Shown: piece after piece, positions 47,403 to 57,191 of the stretch
Layout: every line of letters begins with the position of its first letter
Position numbering within the stretch: the stretch's first letter is position 1
Virus record (IMG/VR): IMGVR_UViG_3300005265_000549
Location: 1-64,000 of that record
Length of the DNA stretch: 64,000 bases
Origin: a virus
Strand: one strand, 5' to 3'
Notes under the pieces: model-generated
Seen by the model: only the letters and a program-made list of their open reading frames with translations
Database searches by the model: none
What the model was told of the DNA's origin: nothing
Made by a program: the position numbers and the translations under genes

Positions 47403-48254
47403 ATGAATTTCAAAGATTTTAAAAAACAGCAACAAGAATTTACTGAATCAGTAAAAAAATTAATTCAACCTGCAAAAAATAATTACAAAGATGACCGCTT
47501 TTGGAAATTTACAAAAGATGCTGCAGGTAATGCAAATGCAATAATTAGATTTCTCCCACAAAAAGATTTATCAAAATCTCCTGTTCAATTAATTTATAAA
47601 CATGGTAGTCAAATTAAAGGACGTTGGTTAATTGATGAATGTCCCGTAACTATTGGAAAAAAATGTCCTATTTGTGAATATGCTGGAGAAATCTGGGATT
47701 CAAATGAAGACCTTGCTAGAAAATTATATCGAAGTAAAAGATATGTTGCTAATATTCTAGTTATTGATGATCCTTCTGAACCAGAAAATAATGGCAAAAT
47801 ATTTTTATTTTCATTTGGAAAGAAAATTTATGATAAAATTTTAGAAATTATTGCACCAGAAGACGAAGACGAAGAAAGTTTTAATATTTTTGATTTTGAT
47901 GAAGGTGTTAATTTCAAACTTAAAATAACTCAAGTTGGTGGTCATAATAACTATGATAAATCTAAATTTTTATTAACCAAGAAATCTATTGGTGACGATA
48001 AAAAACAAGAAGAAGTATTTAATTCTTTATATGATCTTGATAAATTTTTAGATCCAGAATTATTTAAAACATATGAAACTTTACAACAAAAATTGAATAG
48101 TATTTTAAATAATACTAATGTTACAACTAAAAATATTCAAGAAGAAATTAAAAAGGAAACTAAATTAGAACCTGTAGAAGAAGTTTCTGAGGAAAATGTA
48201 GAAGAAGTTGATGAAGAAGATATTGATTTTGACGCTTTATTAGCTGACGATTAA
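47403..48254 (+). CDS. gp32: single-stranded DNA-binding protein
   Basis: DDRFWK, AIIRFLP, CP.T.G..CPICE, NILVIDDP, FGKKIYDKI, NYDKSKF, acidic tail. Confidence 0.95.
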   Translation: MNFKDFKKQQQEFTESVKKLIQPAKNNYKDDRFWKFTKDAAGNANAIIRFLPQKDLSKSPVQLIYKHGSQIKGRWLIDECPVTIGKKCPICEYAGEIWDSNEDLARKLYRSKRYVANILVIDDPSEPENNGKIFLFSFGKKIYDKILEIIAPEDEDEESFNIFDFDEGVNFKLKITQVGGHNNYDKSKFLLTKKSIGDDKKQEEVFNSLYDLDKFLDPELFKTYETLQQKLNSILNNTNVTTKNIQEEIKKETKLEPVEEVSEENVEEVDEEDIDFDALLADD

Positions 48255-48275
48255 TTTTTTATAATTACTTATATT

Positions 48276-48332
48276 ATAGAGGAAGAAGATTTAATTTGTT
48301 CCAGTTTTTAAATCTTCTTCCTCTATTTTTTT
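48276..48332 (+). terminator. terminator hairpin at the strand-convergence point
   Basis: 19-bp perfect stem ATAGAGGAAGAAGATTTAA / TTAAATCTTCTTCCTCTAT followed by a T-run. Confidence 0.75.
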
Positions 48333-48722
48333 GATTAATTCAGAAAGAGTTGAACGAATAATTTTTTTATCAATATTTTCATTATTTTCATTATTTTCTA
48401 ATTTTTCAGAATTATTTTTATCTATATCTCTAATTTTTTCATGTAAATCTAATAAACTTTTTGATGAATCTGTTAATACTTTTACTGCATTAGCTGCTGC
48501 TTCAACAGCTCTAGGAGAAGGAGAAGTTTTTGCTTCTTGAACAGAAGTATCAATTAATTCTGATCCTCTAACAATAGAACGAATTAAATTTTCACGAACA
48601 AAATTATAATCATCTAATATATCTTCAACAGTTCCTTTTGATTCGACTTCAACAGCATCTAATTCAGCAGGTTCTCTTAAATTTTCATCTTCTTCAAATA
48701 TATCATTTATATTTCTAGACAT
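48291..48722 (-). CDS. gp16: terminase small subunit
   Basis: DDYNFVRENL...SPRAVEAAA...LLDLH...STLSELI. Confidence 0.7.
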   Translation of the reverse strand: MSRNINDIFEEDENLREPAELDAVEVESKGTVEDILDDYNFVRENLIRSIVRGSELIDTSVQEAKTSPSPRAVEAAANAVKVLTDSSKSLLDLHEKIRDIDKNNSEKLENNENNENIDKKIIRSTLSELIKKIEEEDLKTGTN

Positions 48723-48723
48723 T

Positions 48724-49425
48724 TTAATTCTCCGTAATAGTAGTCACAATATTTGGATCATGCCAATCATGACTAATATTTGCTATAATTTTATCTTGTT
48801 CATTTTGAAAATTAACATCAATATGTTCAATTAATGATTCAGGTAAATCTGAAGGATAAATAAATCCTTTTAAAGTCAAACTTAATGTTGCTTGAAAATT
48901 TCTAAAAGATTCTTCTTCTCTTGTTAATTCCAATTCATTTTCTAAAGAAACATCATTTAAAACTATATTAACATCTCTAATAAAATTTAAATAAGGTAAT
49001 TCTTTTACATCAAAATTTAAATCAGGTTTAAAAAAATATAAAATTTGTTCTAAAATTTGCCAAAAATCATTTTGATATTTTGTTCTTACTGTTACTTCAA
49101 AATTAAAATTATATGGTATTCCTTCAAACATATATTTTCCATCTTCAACATTAATAGTATTTAAACTATTCATTTTTCTTACTGGATCATATTGAAGTCC
49201 AGTAATGATAAATCCAATGACTGGTAATATTAAAGAACTAGCACCAACATCATCTTTTTGTGTAAGCATATAACTAATTTTATTTTTTGATGCATATATT
49301 AAAGGTACTTTAATATTTTTAATTTCATTATCATCATCATCTAATCGTTTAACATTTATATCTGAAAATATTTTTGAAATAACAATAATATATGTTCTAA
49401 CTATATTGTGGTACCAATATGCCAT
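48724..49425 (-). CDS. gp15: tail sheath stabiliser/terminator
   Basis: FSDINVKR, KVPLIYA, LPVIGF, YDPVRK, PYNFNFE, QILEQIL..F.P. Confidence 0.85.
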   Translation of the reverse strand: MAYWYHNIVRTYIIVISKIFSDINVKRLDDDDNEIKNIKVPLIYASKNKISYMLTQKDDVGASSLILPVIGFIITGLQYDPVRKMNSLNTINVEDGKYMFEGIPYNFNFEVTVRTKYQNDFWQILEQILYFFKPDLNFDVKELPYLNFIRDVNIVLNDVSLENELELTREEESFRNFQATLSLTLKGFIYPSDLPESLIEHIDVNFQNEQDKIIANISHDWHDPNIVTTITEN

Positions 49426-51117
49426 TTAAATTGCTCCCATAATTAAAGATAAAGTATCATCATCCGAAGAAACTTTCATGTCTGGTGGTTGAATAATATT
49501 ATTTGTATTTAATAAATTATTTGTATTTTGAACATTTTCTGTTCTAATTATTTTTTCTTCATTTACTAAATTAGATATTTGTTTAGTTTTTTGTTTTAAT
49601 CTTTCATCTTTCTTAAGTTGTAATTCTTTTTTAGGTATTTCTTGACTATAACCAAATTCATCAATTTGTGAAATTTCTTTTGGTTGTGTTTCATTATCTG
49701 AAGTAAACCAACTAAACAATCTATCTTTTATTTTCAATACAAAACTTCGAATTAATTTCATTAAATCTAAATCAGGAATTTTAATATTATCAAGACTAAA
49801 TTTTTCTTTTAAAGAAATAAATATTTCTTTTATATATTCATATAAACTTTCAAATGGTGAAAATATAATATCACTTAAATTATTAAATAATGCTGCTGCT
49901 GATGATTTTACTAAATCTAAATTACCTGTGAATATTCCTTTAATTAAATCAATAAAACTTCTAATAGAAGATGTAACATTTTCTAAAAATACATTAACAG
50001 ATGTAGTTATTTTAGTAGCTAAATCAGAAAAACCAAGAAAATTCAATATCCATGAAGCAGCTCCTGTTAACATTTTAATTAAACCACCAATTAAAGAATC
50101 AAATATTCCAATTAAACCTTCTTTTATTCCACCAATAATACCATCTTTTTTAAATCCTTTCATAAAACCTTTTACAAAAGAATAAGCACTCATAATCACT
50201 GTTAAAGGTAAAGTGATTTTTCCTAAGATTTCACCAAAACTTTTAGAAAATTTTAATACTTTTCCTATTATTCCTCCTACTTTTTTAGAATCTTTTGCTA
50301 ATTTAAATGTCCATTTAAAAAAATTTATAATAGGATCAATAATTTTTCTAATTACTTTAATAAAACCCTTTACAAAACCACCCATTTTTTTAATAATTTT
50401 TATTTCACTAACAGCTTTTTTTACATCTAAAAATAAATCAACTAATGGTTTAAATAATTTAAATAATTTTCCACCAGTTATTTTATTTAAATACTTAAAA
50501 CTTTTTGTTAAACCTTCAAGATATCCTTTGACAACCATAAAAGGTACAACTAATGCTGCAACAATAATTCCTATCGTTGTCAATATTCCTTTAACAAAAT
50601 TATTTTCAATTTTTGGTTTTTCTTTACCTTGATCTACTAAATCTTCTAATAATTCATTAGTTTTTTCTGAAGTTCTTATTTGTTCTTCTTGTTTTTGTTC
50701 AGCAAAAAAATCATTTTTAGGAGTAGTATTTTTAATAATATTATCTAATTTTTCATTTGTATCTTCTGAATTATCATTTAATTCTTCTTGATTTTCTTCA
50801 CTTTCATTTAAATCATCATTAGCATCTGTTTTTTCAAATTTTAATAAATCATTTATTTTATCACCAAGTAAGGCTAACATAGGTGAGCCTGTTGATAAAC
50901 CAATTCCTTTCAATAAAGATCCTGGTCTTAACAGACTTTTAAAAGAAGTAAGCTGTTTTGCGGCATTTTGAGCGAGTTGTGTGCGATAACCTTCAGAACT
51001 TTTTTCTGATGCTTTTTGAGTCTTAACAATTTTTTCACCAACTTCTTTAATTGTTTTTTCAGAAGCTGGTTGATTTTCTTTATTTATTTTACTTTTAACT
51101 TCTTTACTATTTTCCAC
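49426..51117 (-). CDS. baseplate hub/tape measure (gp29-like)
   Basis: 563 aa helical, amphipathic Gly-rich core; adjacent to gp51/gp26. Confidence 0.6.
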   Translation of the reverse strand: MENSKEVKSKINKENQPASEKTIKEVGEKIVKTQKASEKSSEGYRTQLAQNAAKQLTSFKSLLRPGSLLKGIGLSTGSPMLALLGDKINDLLKFEKTDANDDLNESEENQEELNDNSEDTNEKLDNIIKNTTPKNDFFAEQKQEEQIRTSEKTNELLEDLVDQGKEKPKIENNFVKGILTTIGIIVAALVVPFMVVKGYLEGLTKSFKYLNKITGGKLFKLFKPLVDLFLDVKKAVSEIKIIKKMGGFVKGFIKVIRKIIDPIINFFKWTFKLAKDSKKVGGIIGKVLKFSKSFGEILGKITLPLTVIMSAYSFVKGFMKGFKKDGIIGGIKEGLIGIFDSLIGGLIKMLTGAASWILNFLGFSDLATKITTSVNVFLENVTSSIRSFIDLIKGIFTGNLDLVKSSAAALFNNLSDIIFSPFESLYEYIKEIFISLKEKFSLDNIKIPDLDLMKLIRSFVLKIKDRLFSWFTSDNETQPKEISQIDEFGYSQEIPKKELQLKKDERLKQKTKQISNLVNEEKIIRTENVQNTNNLLNTNNIIQPPDMKVSSDDDTLSLIMGAI

Positions 51118-51313
51118 TATTTTTTGCTCTCTTTTTTTCTTCTTTTAGTTGTTTTAATAATATAGAAGAATAAATTTCCATTTCATAAGGAATCATATTT
51201 TCAACTTCAGTTAATGAATAATCTGAATATCTAACAAAATCAGCAATACTTTCATATAAATCTACTAAAGATTTACTTTTATATAATTCTATAATAAATT
51301 CAAAAAATGACAT
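51107..51313 (-). CDS. baseplate hub assembly protein (gp51-like)
   Basis: YSLTEVENMIPYEMEIY. Confidence 0.75.
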   Translation of the reverse strand: MSFFEFIIELYKSKSLVDLYESIADFVRYSDYSLTEVENMIPYEMEIYSSILLKQLKEEKKRAKNSGK

Positions 51314-52002
51314 TAGAAAAAATCTATAATTTCTTCAGTTTCAAATTCGTTTTCTTTACCACAATTAGTACAAATAAATTTAAAAGCTATTTTAATTTTA
51401 GGTAATCTTTCTAAACCATCAGATATTTTTTTAATTTCTTGGTTTGTTAAATTAAAAAGAATATTTTCTTTAAATTCTTTAATAGTAAAATCATTATAAA
51501 CTATTTCCTCATAAACAATTGATTTTATTGAAGAACATATTAAATCAATTACTTCAAGTTTATCATTTTCAAAAAGAAGATTAATATTGGGTAAAATCAT
51601 CTGAACAACTAATTTATCATTCACAGAAACTGTTTCTATTTCTTTATTAATATTTTCAAATTTTAAAGATTCTTCTAAATTAACAGCGAACAAAGTATTT
51701 TTTTTACAATATTTACATTTTAAACTACCTTCAATTTCTTCACCAGTTGATTTCATTCTAATACTTAAAATTAGATAAAAGAAATCAACCATATTTAATT
51801 CTTTTATATTAAAATCTTTAGTAACTACACAATTTTCAATTAGAATATTGAATATTTTTAATATTTCTTCTTTATTTTCTGTATTGATTGATGTTAATAA
51901 AGATTTTTCTTCTTTAATAACAAAAGGTTTTATTTCAATAATTTTTTTTGAAACTGGTAACGTTATTGAATGTATTGGAACTTGTAAAATAGGTAATGCC
52001 AT
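51313..52002 (-). CDS. gp26: baseplate hub subunit
   Basis: MALP, PFVIKEEK.LL, IRMKSTGE, two CxxC. Confidence 0.85.
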   Translation of the reverse strand: MALPILQVPIHSITLPVSKKIIEIKPFVIKEEKSLLTSINTENKEEILKIFNILIENCVVTKDFNIKELNMVDFFYLILSIRMKSTGEEIEGSLKCKYCKKNTLFAVNLEESLKFENINKEIETVSVNDKLVVQMILPNINLLFENDKLEVIDLICSSIKSIVYEEIVYNDFTIKEFKENILFNLTNQEIKKISDGLERLPKIKIAFKFICTNCGKENEFETEEIIDFF

Positions 52003-52020
52003 AATCTATCTCCTCGATAA

Positions 52021-52878
52021 TCATTTAAAAAAAGTTTTTGCTTTTTCAATCATACCCTTAGTAAAAGATTGTTTCTTTTCTTCTAATACTGGTGGAATAT
52101 ATTTTTTAACTTCAGTTGCTGCATGTTTTACATCTTCAGGAATTAAATTATTTATATGTGATGGAATATTTTTAATATTCTCTGGTATAGGAATTTGTTT
52201 TGTAATAGATAATGGATCATGTGAAACTTCTTCCGGAATCCATTTTTCTATTTCAAGTGGTAATTTAGGAATTTCAAATGGTAATTTAAGAATCTTAAAC
52301 GTTGATTTATTTGTATCTTCTTCATGATGCAAAGGACTTTTAGCAGCAACTGAATGATTAACTTCTATATTTTCATATTCTAATTTAAGAAAATTAAATG
52401 ATATTGAATATTCTAATAAAGTATCTGAATTTTCCCATGCTAAATCTAAAGCTGAAATATTTGTTGGATATGCTTCAATTATTTTTACCTTATGAATAAC
52501 ATTACCAATTCTATCTAATAAATCAATATCAATATTACAACTATATGATTCTTTGAAACCATATTTACCTTCACTAAAAATATAAGCTGACCATTGAGTA
52601 AATAATTTGGTGATAAAACCATCACCATCAATAAAAAAATTTATAGTAATAGGATCATAATCAGCTCCACTAACAAACTTTCTATAATAACCATCAACTA
52701 AAAATTTAGATTCATTAAATGTAACTCCAGGGATTTGAATATTTTTACAAGCAAAAGATAATAATTCAGAATGTGGTAATTCTGGAAGATTAAAAAAATT
52801 CACTCTAAATAAATTAGATCTCGCAAAACCTGAAGAAAATTTTTGAACAAAATCATTTATAGAAAGATTATTTGCCAT
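52021..52878 (-). CDS. tail tube-like baseplate/tube initiator (gp54-like)
   Basis: FARSNLFRV, IPG, AYPTNISALDLAW; C-terminal extension. Confidence 0.7.
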   Translation of the reverse strand: MANNLSINDFVQKFSSGFARSNLFRVNFFNLPELPHSELLSFACKNIQIPGVTFNESKFLVDGYYRKFVSGADYDPITINFFIDGDGFITKLFTQWSAYIFSEGKYGFKESYSCNIDIDLLDRIGNVIHKVKIIEAYPTNISALDLAWENSDTLLEYSISFNFLKLEYENIEVNHSVAAKSPLHHEEDTNKSTFKILKLPFEIPKLPLEIEKWIPEEVSHDPLSITKQIPIPENIKNIPSHINNLIPEDVKHAATEVKKYIPPVLEEKKQSFTKGMIEKAKTFFK

Positions 52879-53121
52879 TTATAATGATTCTTTCAAACCT
52901 TTATTTAATGTTCTCAATAGTTCTTTAACCATTTTTTTATTTTCTAATAATTTTTTAGAAAACATCAATGGATAAAAACCTTTACCATCTAATTTATATG
53001 TGACAGTGATATAATCATTTTTATCTGGTTTTGACATTCCAGTATATTCTAAAATTTCACCAGATTGAGTTGTTGTTGTTTCTTCATTTAATTCATTGAA
53101 TATTTCATTAAAAGATTTCAT
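52879..53121 (-). CDS. hypothetical protein with CTS-like leader
   Basis: MKSFNEIFNELNE. Confidence 0.55.
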   Translation of the reverse strand: MKSFNEIFNELNEETTTTQSGEILEYTGMSKPDKNDYITVTYKLDGKGFYPLMFSKKLLENKKMVKELLRTLNKGLKESL

Positions 53122-53139
53122 TTAATATTTTCCTTTTTA

Positions 53140-53637
53140 TCAAGATCTTTCCCAATGACTAAAACTAAATGTTACACCATATTCTAAAATAGTATCAGCA
53201 TTTTCAAAACCTAAGTCCATAGGATCAATAGTTGTAGGCCAACAATTAATTAATTTATATTTTCCATTATCTGATTCAGAACCATCACGATTTAATTGAA
53301 TAACTTGAGCGGTTCTAAAATATTCTGATAATTGACCTGCACCTTTAGCTTCACCATTAGCAATAATATCAGTTTGCCATTTATCTAATTGAGTTCTAAT
53401 TAAATAATCTTCATCATTTAGAATTGTTATAGTCCAATCATCAAATGTAATATCTCCACCAATTTTTATTGTGTTATTAAGATATTTCACTTCTATTGGA
53501 TTTATTGTTTTACCTGGAATTTGAGCAGCTTTACAAGTGAATTCAAGTTTTTGGCTTAAACCATCAATAAAAACTTTATATAAATTTGCTCTTGCTCCAA
53601 TAGTAAAATTTGAAACAAAATCATTAACTGTACTCAT
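53140..53637 (-). CDS. gp19: tail tube protein
   Basis: GARANLYKV, CKAAQIPG, GDITFDDWTITILNDED, WPT. Confidence 0.92.
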   Translation of the reverse strand: MSTVNDFVSNFTIGARANLYKVFIDGLSQKLEFTCKAAQIPGKTINPIEVKYLNNTIKIGGDITFDDWTITILNDEDYLIRTQLDKWQTDIIANGEAKGAGQLSEYFRTAQVIQLNRDGSESDNGKYKLINCWPTTIDPMDLGFENADTILEYGVTFSFSHWERS

Positions 53638-53650
53638 TTAATTTTCTCCT

Positions 53651-55375
53651 TTATGAATTATATTTAAATATAAAATTTCCACAATCCCATATTCTATCAT
53701 ATCCATTTTGTTGCATATTTTCCCATTCAGTTAAATTTACATCAAAATTTTCTGATTTATTTTTCAATTTATGTTTCATATAATTAGCTCTATGTTCTAA
53801 TTCTATATAATTTTTAGTATACCAATAATTAGGAAGACTTTCATGTGAATATTTAAATCCTAATTTATAATACAATTTTCCTATGCTAAATCTTTTATCT
53901 GCATAGGTAATAATTTCTTGATTTTTCCAGAAATTATTTAAAAAATGTTTAAACAATCTAGAAGCAGAACCTATTACATTAGTATTTATCAAATTACAAA
54001 ATCTTATTAATTCAAAAGAAGTTTTTCCTGTAATTCGTCTACTACCAAAAGTCATCAAAGAAACTAATTTATTATCATAATATAAACCTAGTCTAATACT
54101 AGAATTATCTTTTCCTTGAAGATGATTATTATTTAGAAAATCATTTTTTTCTTTTCTTTTTACTTCTTTAATAATACATTTTCTTGCATAAATTTTATTA
54201 GGTGTTTTTCCTAATTTATTTTTAATAATAGATTTAATTATATCTTGTTTATTATTCCATTCAGAATCAAAGATATGAATTAAATCTATTCCTAATTGTT
54301 CTTTTGCTTGTTCAGTTTTCCATAGGTGGTAATTTCTATCTTTACTACCTGATAATTCTGTGTGATAATAAATACCATCACACTCAATTCCTAAATTATA
54401 AGAAGGAATTAATATATCTATTTCTAAATTACCTTTATTTCCAGATTGTGTGAAATCTTTAATAGGTTTTGTATTATTAATTGTTTCTATATTTAATGAA
54501 TGAATAAAAAAACAAACTTCTTCTTCAAAATTAGATTTAGTAAAACATTTTGGACATGAAAAATTTTTTCTATTACTTATATAATTTAATCTAAATATAT
54601 TACCACATTTATTATGTTTTATATTAAAATATCCTGTATTAACATATTCTTCTTTATTTGTTAATACTTTAAATATTTTTTTTTCTTCTATATCATTTTT
54701 ATAATTTTTATAATTATTATTTCTATCTTTAATTCGTTTTATATTTTCTTTATTAATTGTACCACATGATTTAGAACAAACACCCGAATATCCATTTTTT
54801 AATCCATTAAAATTTTGATTTTTAATTCCACAGACTTTACATTTAGGTATTTCTTTCAAATCATTTATTATAATATAACACTTTTCAATTAATGTATTTC
54901 CTGGATATTCATAAATTGCTCTTAAAAGATTTGGATTTTTTTTAAATAAAGAATATTTTAAATTAGGAATATCTAAAAGTAGTAAAATTTCTTGAACTTT
55001 CAATTTTATATTTTTAATTTCTGAGTATTTTATTTCAAATATTTCTTTATCTGATACTACATTATTGGGCTTATGACCTTTTATTCTAAATCCTTTATAT
55101 TTATTATCTTTACCAGTGCATTTTCTTGAACAATAAATAGCATATCCAAGTCTTTTATTTCCACCAAAAGAAACTTTTTTTCTACAAACTTTACATCTTG
55201 GAATTTCAGTAATATTAAAAAAATAATTATAACATTGTTGACTTATAGAAATATCACCAAAATTATATTGTGTATTATATAATTTAATCTTTTCATATAT
55301 TTTTAAAGAACGAATTATTTTTGAAAATTGTCTTGGTTTTTCAAATCTTAATTTTAAATATTCTTGTTTTGTCAT
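53651..55375 (-). mobile_element. free-standing homing endonuclease-like gene between gp18 and gp19
   Basis: Repeated CKVC...YCSxxC Zn motifs; nuclease SNFEEE...LEIDI...GIECDGIYYH; C-terminal IYARKC...NHLQG...RF...GSASRL...YAD...RIWDCG. Confidence 0.8.
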
Positions 55376-55458
55376 AAGATTGGTCCTTAAAATAAAAAAG
55401 TGAGTAAGACAATAAGACCAATTTATTGTCGGGATAGCTAATCCTTGTCCTCACTTTC
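55376..55458 (-). promoter_or_regulatory. structured leader RNA with a loop complementary to the RBS region
   Basis: Three-way junction; the 7-nt loop can pair with GACCAAT overlapping the SD. Confidence 0.6.
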
Positions 55459-55479
55459 AATTTATTTTTTTTTTAATAT

Positions 55480-57132
55480 TTAGAATGATTTACCAATAAA
55501 TTCAGCAAAATCAACACCTGTACGAGTGGCGATAAAATTTAATGAAATAAATTCTGCGGTTCTAGTAGGTTGAATAAAAATATCACATACTAATTCATTA
55601 GCATCAATTACTGCTGGAGTATTATTAGTATCATCACAAACTACTAAGAATTCATTGATTCCTTCTCTACCTTGAACTCTTCTTAAAAATGGTTCGATCA
55701 TACCTATAATTTGTCTACGAGTAAAAGCTGTATTTTTCTCAAAAATAAAATATTTTGAAGCTGTACTTATTGCTTTTTCAAGAATAATAAATAATCGTCT
55801 TACATCAATTCTATCAAAAGCTGAAGGTTTATTTTGCATTGTTTTTTGTCCAAAAACTGTTGCACCATCACCAGCAAAAATTGTAATAGGATTAACTTGT
55901 TTTTTATATAAAGTATCTCTTTGAGCTCTATTTGGACTAAAAGCTAATTTAATAACATTTTTAATAATTCCACGATTTAAACCAGCTGGGGCAAACCAAG
56001 GATCTCTAGTATTATCAGTATATGCAAAAATACCAGCTACATCACCAGTGATTGGAACCCAACGATATTTATCATTGAATTTATCATATTGATATTTCCA
56101 ATTTCCATATAATGCAGCATATGATGATGAAGTTAAAATAGTATCTCTATAATCTGTACAATTTGTTGTAGCTGTTCCTGCCGGAATATTTACGACATCA
56201 ATTTTTGGAACACCTAATATTCCCATACAATCTTTTCTAGAAGATGCTATTGAAATAATTTCTGCTTGAACTGTAATATTAGTAGATGCTGCATCTAAAA
56301 TTAAATTAATATCAAATTCTTCTGGATTAGCAAATAAATCTAATCCAAGAATAATATCATCATTTCCAGGTGCACCTTCAACTCCACCAGCTAATGCAGT
56401 TGCTTCAAATGCTAAAATTTCATCATCATCATCATCATTAGCATAAGCAAGTAAATATGAAGAATATCTATTAACATAATCTTCAACATAAATTGAAGTT
56501 CCTTCAAAATTTGTATCTGTTTCATTAAAAGAAACAATCATTTGTTCTAAAATTTGATCATCAGAATCTAAAACTACGATAGCAAATTGATCAGTAGTTT
56601 CTGGACCAAATTCAAATTCATCGGCAAATTTAGTTGTTCCAACAATATTAGCTGAAGCAAATTCAGCATAATTTGCTATTGCTACTTTATATGTATTTCC
56701 TTTGATACCAGGATATTTTGCGACTAATAATAATTTTTGATCTTCATCGGCCGCTGTATAAGTATAAACATCCGCTGCATCACTATTTGGAATATATACT
56801 GGTTTTGTTGCTGGCACACCAGCACCTGTAGTATCTTCACATTCCAATCCAGCATTAAGAGCTGAGCTATCATCAACTGCTCTTACAATATAAAGTGTAT
56901 TTCCATATTGTAAAAAATTCCAAGCTGTAAACCAATCTTGATAATTAGCATCAGTTGGATATCCAAAAATGGTTAAAAGATCTTTTTCGCTTGTTACAAG
57001 TTTTTTGTCAAATGCTGGTCCCCATTCAAATTGACCAGACATTCCAGCTATTGAAGTTGAAACTGCTGGAATAGAAGTTGTTAAATCAATTTCTTTTACA
57101 TTGACAGATGGTGAAAGATTGAAGCCCATCAT
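55480..57132 (-). CDS. gp18: tail sheath protein
   Basis: LSPSVNVKEIDLT, FEWGP, PWFAPAGLNRG, SAFDRIDVRRLF. Confidence 0.96.
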   Translation of the reverse strand: MMGFNLSPSVNVKEIDLTTSIPAVSTSIAGMSGQFEWGPAFDKKLVTSEKDLLTIFGYPTDANYQDWFTAWNFLQYGNTLYIVRAVDDSSALNAGLECEDTTGAGVPATKPVYIPNSDAADVYTYTAADEDQKLLLVAKYPGIKGNTYKVAIANYAEFASANIVGTTKFADEFEFGPETTDQFAIVVLDSDDQILEQMIVSFNETDTNFEGTSIYVEDYVNRYSSYLLAYANDDDDDEILAFEATALAGGVEGAPGNDDIILGLDLFANPEEFDINLILDAASTNITVQAEIISIASSRKDCMGILGVPKIDVVNIPAGTATTNCTDYRDTILTSSSYAALYGNWKYQYDKFNDKYRWVPITGDVAGIFAYTDNTRDPWFAPAGLNRGIIKNVIKLAFSPNRAQRDTLYKKQVNPITIFAGDGATVFGQKTMQNKPSAFDRIDVRRLFIILEKAISTASKYFIFEKNTAFTRRQIIGMIEPFLRRVQGREGINEFLVVCDDTNNTPAVIDANELVCDIFIQPTRTAEFISLNFIATRTGVDFAEFIGKSF

Positions 57133-57191
57133 ATTCTCCTTTAATCTATATTGTTAATTTTCTTCAAATAATTAATATAATTATTTATCTT

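Noticed and set aside
53651-55479. Group I intron or intein
   Set aside because: gp18 and gp19 are both intact and the endonuclease is intergenic; no intein seen in gp17 or gp44.
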